Assembly: GCA_002269645.1 (NCBI GenBank)
Contig: NIVC01001762.1
Span: forward strand, 176,404 to 240,403
DNA from: Macrostomum lignano
Taxonomy: Eukaryota
DNA: 64,000 nucleotides
Direction of reading: 5' to 3'
Part shown: positions 55,201 to 64,000 of the stretch, one piece after another
How the letters are laid out: every line of letters begins with the position of its first letter
Numbering within the stretch: position 1 is the stretch's first letter
Program-made: the position numbers and the translations under genes
Notes under the pieces: generated by a model
Databases searched by the model: none
What the model saw: only the letters and a program-made list of their open reading frames with translations
What the model was told of the DNA's origin: nothing

Positions 55201-57811
55201 GGGTACAATGTGCCCAGCTACGAGTACCTGTTCAGTAGCGGCAACCAGTATGCTCTGCGCATTCGCTTCATTGATCACGTGCACGACGATATGGTGGTGG
55301 ACCGGATCACCCTCAAGATTGTGCTGCCCGAGCTGGCCACCAACATTCGATACGAGGCGCCTTACCCTGTGATCGAAGGCCCCAGGGAGCTGATTAAGAC
55401 TTACCTGGATACCGTGGGGCGGCCCGTGCTTGTGCTGAGCAAGGTAAGCGGCTGGGAAAATTTTACTGAACCCCACACCTGATCGAAGCTACAGCTGCTC
55501 TACCCCACACCTGATCTAACCTACAGCTGATCTAACCTACAGCTGATCTATCCTACAGCTGATCTATTCCACACCTGATCTAAGCTACAGCTGATCTATC
55601 CTACAGCTGATCTATTCCACACCTGATCTAAGCTACAGCTGATCTATCCTACAGCTGATCTATCCCACACCTGATCTATCCCACACCTGATCTATCCCAC
55701 ACCTGATCTATCCCACACCTGATCTATCCCACACCTGATCTAACCTACAGCTGATCTATCCCACACCTGATCTATCCCACACCTGATCTAACCTACAGCT
55801 GATCTATTCCACACCTGATCTAAGCTACAGCTGATCTATCCTACAGCTGATCTAAGCTACACCTGATCTAACCTACAGCTGATCTATCCCACACCTGATC
55901 TATCCCACACCTGATCTAACCTACAGCTGATCTATCCCACACCTGATCTATCCCACACCTGATCTAACCTACAGCTGATCTATCCCACACCTGATCTATC
56001 CCACACCTGATCTAACCTACAGCTGATCTATCCCACACCTGATCTATCCCACACCTGATCTAACCTACAGCTGATCTATCCCACACCTGATCTATCCCAC
56101 ACCTGATCTAACCTACAGCTGATCTATCCCACACCTGATCTACCCCACACCTGATCTAACCTACAGCTGATCTAACCTACAGCTGATCTAACCTACAGCT
56201 GATCTATCCCACACCTGATCTATCCCACACCTGATCTAACCTACAGCTGATCTATCCCACACCTGATCTACCCCACACCTGATCTACCCCACACCTGATC
56301 TAACCTACAGCTGATCTAACCTACACCTGATCTATCCCACACCTGATCTAACCTACAGCTGATCTATCCCACACCTGATCTACCCCACACCTGATCTATC
56401 CCACACCTGATCTAACCTACAGCTGATCTATCCCACACCTGATCTAACCTACAGCTGATCTAACCTACAGCTGATCTATCCCACACCTGATCTATCCCAA
56501 ACCCTTAGTTGATCTATCCCACATTGTCAGTTACTCTGCTCCAAATCTGAAGCCGTGAGCTCCCCCCCCCACCCCGCAGGCCAACCTCGTGGACCAGCAC
56601 ATCCAGGAGCTGGTTGTCCGCTACGAGTTCGCCTCTTGGTCGCTGATCCGCGAGCCGCTGATGGCCACCACCTTCTTCCTCGTGCTGTTCCTCACCGTCA
56701 TCCTGGCCGTGCGGCTCAACTTCTCTATCGTGCAGGACGCCAGCACCGAGATGAAGCAGCGCCTCGGCTGCCTGACTTCCGAGATTGTCGGCCTGCAGGA
56801 CAGGCGCTCCGCCCTGTACCAGTGCTACGAGGACGCCATTAACAAGTTCAAGTCCGGCAAAGACCACGGCCGGTTCAAGTCCGACGTTAATAAGGTGGGA
56901 TCTCTACCTCAACCGATCGATTTCAGGGTTTTGAAAGCACCGGCGCGCTGGGAACTTCCCTGTCAGGCTTCTGGGGATGTCCATATATCGATTTTTATAT
57001 CCTCAAGAATTCCTTGCAAAAGAATTTCGTCTTTTAGAATTCCTAAAATACAATATTTATATCCACGGAATTCGGCCCAAGAAGTCTATTGAAATTACCA
57101 GTATCCACAGGATTCTTCCACTAAAACTTGTTTACTTCCGAAATGGGAATATCCCACAATTTTAGAAATGGGAATTCCCCTAAAATTGGAATTCCCCTTA
57201 AATAAGAATTCCCCTTAAATGGGGATTTCCCTGAAATGGGAATTTTCCTGAAATTGAGATTCCCCTGAAATGGGAATTTTCCTGAAATGGAGATTCCCCT
57301 GAAATGGGAATTTTCCTGAAATGGAGATTCCCCTGAAATGGGAATTTTCCTGAAATAGAAATTTTCCTGAAATGGAGATTCCCCTGAAATGGGGATTCCT
57401 CTGAAATGGGAATTTCCCTGAAATTGGGATTTCCTGCCAGGTCTTTTCCCTGTGTATGAGCCCCGCTAAGAAATTTCCTTTAAGATTTATACACCAAGAG
57501 ATGCCCAACTACTGCCCCTGTCGCAGGTCACTACTGACCACAAAGCTCTGACCAAGAAGGTCGCTGAGCTGGTGAAGGCCATCCGCAGCGACCCGGCCTT
57601 CGCTCCGCCCGGCGACCTGCTGGAGCGACTTGACGAACTGCAGCGTCAGGACAGCCGCCTGGCTGAACTGCTGCAGACCGCGGCCAGTCAGGCTGAGGCT
57701 CTGGTTGCCAACAAGATCACCCGCCAGCAGTACCTGGACGCCGACGCCAAGCACGTCAAGAACAAGGAGGACGCTGTGGCTCGCATCGAGCAGCTGGTTG
57801 AAGGCCTGTAA
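52225..57811 (+). CDS. RPN1: Ribophorin I, oligosaccharyltransferase subunit 1
   Basis: Exons 52225-52440 (signal peptide), ~53378-53439, ~53537-53826 ([16 protein letters not shown]), 54847-55443 ([44 protein letters not shown]), 56580-56893 (TM helix after EPL), 57527-57811. These are hallmark RPN1 motifs. Confidence 0.95.
54100..54730. repeat. CT-rich low-complexity intronic tract
   Basis: Pyrimidine-dominated degenerate repeats. Confidence 0.9.
55480..56505. repeat. 16-bp minisatellite mixing CTGATCTATCCCACAC and CTGATCTAACCTACAG
   Basis: About 63 units filling an RPN1 intron. Confidence 0.95.
57140..57440. repeat. 17-bp semi-palindromic array (GAAATGGGAATTTTCCT/GAAATGGAGATTCCCCT)n
   Basis: Tandem units in the last RPN1 intron. 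Confidence 0.85.
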
Positions 57812-57919
57812 GCGGACTGGTGCGAGCTCTCGGACCGGGGCTGGCTTGACGCTGAGTGGTTGTTGGGGCTAACACTGTCAGCTAGTAATATTCGGCTTCT
57901 GCATCCTACCGATACACTT

Positions 57920-58520
57920 GTACCTGGATTTCAGATTATTATGCTGGGAATTCAGGTTGGGATCCTGGGATTTCAAATTGGGATCCTGGGATTTCAGGTT
58001 GGGGTGCTGGGAATTCAGATTGAGATCCCGGGATTTCAGATTGGGATGCCGGGATTTCAGATTGAGATCCTGGGATTTCAGATTGAGATTTCAGGTTGGG
58101 ATGCTGGGAATTCAGATTGAGATCCTGGGATTTCAGATTGAGATCCTGGGATTTCAGATTGGGATGCCGGGATTTCAGATTGGGTTGCCGGGATTTCAGA
58201 TTGGGATGCCGGGATTTCAGATTGGGATCCTGGGATTTCAGATTGAGATCCTGGGATTTCAGATTGAGATCCTGGGATTTTAGATTGAGATCCTGGGATT
58301 TCAGATTGAGATCCTGGGATTTCAGATTGAGATTTCAGGTTGGAATGCTGGGAATTCAGATTGAGATCCTGGGATTTCAGATTGAGATCCTGGGATTTCA
58401 GATTGGGATTCCGGGATTTTAGATTGAGTTGCCGGGATTTCAGATTGGGATGCCGGGATTTCAGATTGGGATCCTGGGATTTTAGATTGGGATCGTGGGA
58501 TTTCAAATCGGGATTCTGGA
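57920..58520. repeat. 21-bp minisatellite (TGGGATTTCAGATTGAGATCC)n
   Basis: About 28 units 3' of the RPN1 stop. Confidence 0.9.
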
Positions 58521-59989
58521 TTTCAAGTTGTTAGTGAAAATATTTGCACCTTAATTACCTTTCTTTACTGCCATGCCGCCCCAAGTTTCATATAGTTGGT
58601 CTGAGAAGAATAAGTTCCGGTTCTGCCGTTATCAACTCTGTTTAGCTAATTAAAAAATAAAATAAATAATTGGTTTCCAGAACTTTTGCTTTATCTTCGC
58701 CTTGCTAGCTGTTTCTTAGAAAAATAGACTCAATAAGTTTGTACTCGTATGGTAGCCATTGTTGCTTTATGTTATACTCGTATCTGTTCTGCTTTGCAAT
58801 AAATATTCAAATTCTACCAGCTTCAGCTCGATCAAAACTCTATTTGACGCGAAAGCTTATAGTAACCTGATTAGTAATTCTATTAAATAGCCGCATTACC
58901 TTTTGTTTCTAAAATATTTATGGCTATCTGTCACCCTATATTGGTGTTGTGCCAAATAACGCGGTGTTTTAGTCAGCTATAAGAGCGCAAGGTGAACATT
59001 ATTAATAACTGGGCTTGTCGCGTTGCCATATCGTGTTGAAATACAAAAAAATCAGGCAGGCCGTCAGTCATTTCAATTCCGCTCGTCATCTTTTGGTCAG
59101 CAGCCGCCTGTTGTTTTGCAGTGCTAAATTTGATTACAGTTTGCACTTTCTACTCAGACTTTGATTTTTTTTCAGTTGACTGGCTGAATTGTGACCGCAA
59201 GACAAGATTCACTTTGGTGTGTGGCTGCATAGCACAAGACTGCATTGCAACTTAGTCTTGATTTAGATTGAGATTGATCACACCATAACTGTCTCTTGTG
59301 TGACTTTCAGTTTTACTGACTTGATGTGAAAACAAAAGCCACAGCAGCAGACTCAGTATGGAGGCGAGCATCGTCAGGTTTTTCTGCAGCCCCCCAAAGT
59401 TTTCCACGTGTCTGAGATGCAGCGTGTGCATCATTTTTGAAGCAAGCTTTGACGAAGAATTGCAGACAGTTTTGTTCTGTTTTTTTCTTCAGATTTTGAG
59501 TCGGATTGCAAAACAGCTCAGCGCCTTCACTACTCTCTGATGCATATAAATTCATCCACTGGTGCACCTGTCAATCAGTGTTTTCTCTTGCTCAAACTTG
59601 ATCCGTAGCTCAAGGCTTCAGCCAGCAGCAGCTGTTTAGATTGATCACCTGGAATTCACTATTCTGGTGATCATGAAGAGGAGAAACTTTGGTTGGGTTA
59701 ACGGAAAAGCACACGAATATGCAGTAACACACCACTGGCTGTACACGAAGAGGCCCTGATTTCCTATGTCCAGGCTGACAGACTCCGTGTCTTTGTGGTC
59801 GACCCTAGCTCGGGCGTTATAATCTCTCGCGACAAGATCCCAGCCAGAATCGAACTCAGGAACTTGAGCGCGATTAGCCTCCGGACACTGAAAATGAGTC
59901 TTTGCCTCACAATCTGAAGCCGTAGTAAGCGAAAATCCCAATCGATTTTAATTGACTGAATTTATAATAATAATTGATTACACCTGCCC

Positions 59990-60245
59990 CAATTGGGCCA
60001 GGTGTGCAAACGACAGGAGCTCAACCGCAGCTATTGCGAGGCGTATCTGAAGGCGCATGCGTACGGCTGTTCAGTCCAAGGACTGGGGGTTGCCACACAC
60101 ACACCCTCAATTAACTCAGCTAATGCTGGCACCCATTTTAAAACTGGATGAACTGCAGCAATGCAGAGTTAAGTGTCTTGCTCAAGGACAAATTGTTCCA
60201 GTGGGATCGAGAACCCCTGATCATCAAATCGGTTAGACCTACAGT
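59990..60245 (-). mobile_element. tRNA-derived SINE with CORE-like central motif
   Basis: Minus strand: B-box-like GGGTTCTCGATCCC followed by TGTCCTTGAGCAAGACACTTAAC..AAATGGGTGCC, resembling the CCTTGGGCAAG..ACTTAAC motif of CORE-type SINEs (by eye). Confidence 0.55.
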
Positions 60246-60283
60246 TATTTTGGTAAAAAAAGTTGCTCGCAAGACTTTGTTAA

Positions 60284-61423
60284 TCAAGGAGCACCTCCGC
60301 ACACCTGCAGCATCATCTGCATCACATGGAGAGCCTTGTATCTTCCAATGCAAGACGAGGCCATGAAGGAGGCGCCGGACGCCTTAGTGAATGAGTGCAG
60401 ACCGTTCGGGTTGGAGTTCATGCACGTTTCCCACCAGTAGCCGCCGCCATCGAAGTTGCTGCTGCAGCTCGATCCGAAAGCACCGTCGTCCCTGTCGAAG
60501 GTGGAGAACGGCCGGCCTTTAGCTGAGTACAGAAAGTCGCAGTTAATGGTGGAGTTGGCGCTGATGAGGAAGCTGGCGTAGTTCATCCTGTAATTCGTGC
60601 TAAAGTCCCCGACGGTGAAGCCGAGCCACTCGAGCGCGTAGAACTCTCCGTCGAAGGTCTGGGTCTCGACTCGGAGTTGCTTAGCGCCGGTCACAGTAAC
60701 ACTGCGGATGCTCTCGAATCCTGCAGTTGACGGGAGAGAATCCTTTCGATTGCTTCTGGTGTCCTAAGAAGACTGGCCAATCGGACGGCGGACTCACCAA
60801 TCCAGAACTCGACGGCATTCCCGAAGCCGCTAGCGTAGTCGGTCCAGTTCCTGCCGAAGGCGATCTCTCCCGTCTGTCGCCGCTGGAACACCCAGAATGT
60901 CCGGCCGCCGATCTGCTGCTGGTAGCCGGGACTTTTTCGGGAAAAACTGCATGATATGGTGGAAGGAGTGCGGTTTATGGGAATGATGAATTAGAAATCA
61001 CCATTTTGTTCGCCGACGGTCATGCTTTCCAAGCCAGCAAGGCTACAATGTAAAAAACTCGCCACTGCGCTTCATGTACACAACTGCAGCAGATGGTGCG
61101 GAACAGCTTATGCTCGTGCTGTCGGACAGGACGCAGACTCCGTTGATGAAGCTGAATGAGAACATGTCGCCAGCTTGACCGCATTTCATAGCGCACTCGA
61201 TTTCGCCTCGAGCGCTCACGGAGATCGAGCTGGCTGAGCAGGAGAATTTTGCAGCGGCTAAGTCGAACTCGAATACTATGAGATGATTGATCAGTTCGTG
61301 AGATATCAATATCTGGTATGTAAAATTTACATTCACAGGTAGACAATTTACCGGTTGCTTACCTGGATTAGCGGCTGCAGCAGCAGTCACAAGCAGCAGC
61401 AGACTGAGTAGTGGTGCGAGCAT
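60284..61423 (-). CDS. PAN-FReD copy 3 (one apparent 1-nt frameshift)
   Basis: Exons 61423-61363 (signal peptide), 61275-61063 (PAN-like), 60946-60798 (WTDYASGFGNAVEFWIG), 60720-60284 (FSTFDRDD..GGYWWETCMNSNPNG). Exon 3 is one base short in an A-run (GAAAAAGT). Confidence 0.8.
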
Positions 61424-62289
61424 CGTTGCGAGTTGCTATGCAGCTCTTTCCAACTTTCTCGATTTCCGAGAACTCGGGTTTTTCTTCTAGTTGGCGGATT
61501 CAGTTTTTTTCGGCGATTCCTAGCAACGAGTTTGCGATGGATTTTCCTAGTTTTTCGTTGCTGCACAGCTGTTTTTGTTTATAGCTGAGTATTCTAATAA
61601 AGGGATTATAAAAAGTATCAATTCTCGATGTTTGACTGTTGGGAGATCCACAGGCGCACCTGTCAATCATGTTTTACCTATTGTCAGGCACGTCACGCCG
61701 GCGGGGAATAATGTGATATAATTCAATCATTGAAAAGGACACCGTGTTTGCCTTCTCAGTCAGTCCAATATGGTTAATCTAATACATTGAGCTCTTTAGA
61801 CATTCCGATCCTTGGTCTACTGAAGGAGCGCTACCATTGAGGTTGCAAATCTAATATAACCCAATTGTTTTCGGTTTGGTGCATGGAAGCCGATCGCTAC
61901 AAACCTTTTCCGGGTTATCAGCTGAGCAATACTAGCGACCTGAAGTCTATGCACACGCTGCTCGCACAGGTACGGTTGTACAGACTCGTAGAGTGCAAAA
62001 GCATTTGACGTAATAAAAATCCGGGGATTTATGCTGAAACATTCAAATGTTTTTATAGCACAAGTTACCTGACCTATAGCTATGAAAAGCTTTGAAATCT
62101 TCAGAAAATATAGAATTATCGAGCTTAAATCAACCGAGTATCTTACAAAAAGCAGCAGCTGCACAGGATGCAGGAAGGAGTTTAAAATGATGCAGGAAAT
62201 GCATTCTGAATACCCGAGGGTCTTAAGAGACTGAGCAACGGCCAATACCGGTTCGTCCGCTTCCTGCCTGCACTCCACACCGCGGACCC

Positions 62290-62630
62290 CGCGCATTGCA
62301 CTACGTCTCGACCGGCCTGCTGAAAGGAGCCGCCCTGCAAGATGCTCGCTTAGTAGGAAATGATTCGGGCGTTGTTTCAAGCCGAAAGCAGAATGCCGTG
62401 TCTCCACTCCGCAGGTGCTGCCACACAAGGTCCTCTGTCACCTCGCTCGCCCACCTTCCAGCGGGCAGTGTGGCAGTGTGGTATTCCCCTGCATCTGGGG
62501 AATCGCACGAAAAACCTCTCATCCAATTTCACGCACAAGCCCCAAAGAATGCGGCCGCGCACGGGATCGAACCCGGGGTCGTGGCTCGAGAATCGGACGC
62601 GTTTACCGCTGAGCTGCTCCGCTCTCTGCT
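62290..62630 (-). mobile_element. tRNA-derived SINE
   Basis: Minus-strand AGCTCAGCGGTAAACGC (A box) and GGTTCGATCCC (B box), then a non-tRNA body. A similar head fragment occurs at ~6200-6280 (-). Confidence 0.6.
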
Positions 62631-63251
62631 GCACTGTCATGTACGAGCGTAATTTTGATTTTAAAAAATTGTGCCAACAGTCATGGTGAGAGAAATCTGT
62701 CTCAAATTTTATTTGGAAGATAAATCACCTGTATTTTCTGGTTAAGTCAGAGCAAGGCTTTCACTCTACGAAAACAATAAAGTGTCCTAGGGAAGCATGC
62801 AGCAGCCTCAATGTTTAATCAATAACCAGACATGCAATGAGTTCTACTCTTCGATCAGCACTTCTGCCCAACTCTCATGTCTGCTCTGACAGCAATAAAT
62901 TCTATTCAGACAGTTTAATATCTGCACGTTTCCGCAATGGCAACAAAGCGTGGCGACTGCGTGAGACATTATTTCTGTGTTCCAGAGGGTGTCGCCTGGG
63001 CCCACTCTGCAGGCACCAGTTGCTGGAAGGCCGGTTGTCAAGAAGCTCATCTCGCATCTCTCACTGCCATGAGAGCCAAGAAGTTTGGGATGAGGACATT
63101 GTTCGCAGGCTCAGCCAGGCAGATAAAGCCTGAGCCATCGGCCGTGACAGAAACGCAAGAAAGCCAAGCTGCATTTAAGCAGAAGAAGAACAAGGCCAGT
63201 TGCCTGGAAGAAAGCAACAGAAAGAAAATAATTGAAATTGTCCCTGAAGAA

Positions 63252-64000
63252 ATGAAACTCCTTGCTTTTCTCAGTCTGCAGTTTTTTGCTGCCTTTGCAG
63301 CTGCCTCAGGTGAGTTCAGGTCCGGTTTGTTAAGCGATCATTAAATACTTAATACTCGTAACAACTCAAATACGGTCCGGTAACAAATTTCAATACAGAC
63401 TTGAACAACAACATCGCCAGCATCGAATTTGACGCGGTCACCGCGAAAGCCTCCTGCGATGCCAGCTCGGTCACCGTGAGCGCTCGCAGCGACATCGAGT
63501 GCGCAGTGAAATGCGCTCAGGCCGGCGACAGCCTCTCCTACAGCTTCATCAACGGAGTCTGCGTCCTGTCCGACAATGCTGACTGCGCCGCATCCGGTGC
63601 TGCGACCGTGTACCGGATGCGCGCTGCACCGGTGAGTAACTAAAGTTCAGATTATCCTTCTAACCGACTTTCAATGCTTTCAATGCTGTACTATTTAACT
63701 CCAGACGCAACAGCTGCCATCGAAGCTACTGAAACTACCAGAATTTCTGAACCTACCGGATCACCTGAAACGGATGAAGAAACGCCGGAAACTACCGGAA
63801 CATCTGAAGCTACTGAAACGTCTGAAACTACCGAGGCCACCGGAATGAGTTCAAGCAACCCGACTGGCATGCTGATCGGGCTTTCGGATACCAGCAGCAG
63901 ATCAGTGGCCGGACATTCTGGGTGTTCCAGCAGAGACAGACGGGTCAAATCGCCTTCAACAGGAACTGGAATGACTACGTCAGCGGCTTCGGGAATGCAC
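63252..64000 (+). CDS. PAN-FReD copy 4 with Thr/Glu/Ser-rich stalk (runs off the window end; apparent 1-nt indels)
   Basis: Exons 63252-63309 (MKLLAFLSLQFFAAFAAAS), 63399-~63630 (PAN-like, near-identical to copies 1/2), 63705-end (DATAAIEATETT..ETTEATG stalk, then GYQQQISGRTFWVFQQRQTGQIAFNRNWNDYVSGFG in a shifted frame). Confidence 0.75.

Overview
Eukaryotic animal DNA with GT-AG introns, GC-rich coding exons and minisatellite-filled introns. The style suggests a free-living flatworm such as Macrostomum; that is an inference. There are no prokaryotic features, rRNA or CRISPR arrays. Genes reconstructed by hand, left to right: the 3' part of an unidentified multi-exon gene (+, ~1.3-3.1 kb); two tandem secreted PAN/apple-like plus fibrinogen-domain (FReD) genes (+, 4450-5694 intact, 8295-9614 disrupted); two decayed, tail-to-tail relatives of a non-LTR-like retroelement (10.3-13.0 kb); an orphan single-pass membrane protein (+, 14954-16517); an NCLX/SLC8B1-like cation/Ca2+ exchanger (+, ~18.9-30.2 kb); a Quaking/HOW STAR-family RNA-binding protein (-, 51615 to 32857); ribophorin I/RPN1 (+, 52225-57811) divergent from it; and two more PAN-FReD paralogs arranged head-to-head (-, 61423-60284; +, 63252 to the window end). 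Three signals stand out. (1) The Quaking gene carries 19 tandem copies of its own binding motif ACUAAU directly upstream of an internal 3' splice site, further sites 3' of its stop, and an apparent NLS-plus/NLS-minus terminal-exon choice; together these suggest autoregulation. (2) The PAN-FReD family has near-identical 5' parts but a strongly diverged ligand-binding domain, reminiscent of snail FREPs. (3) Domains of 1-2 kb almost free of CpG begin just inside the 5' ends of three genes. Exon coordinates are manual and may be off by a few bases.
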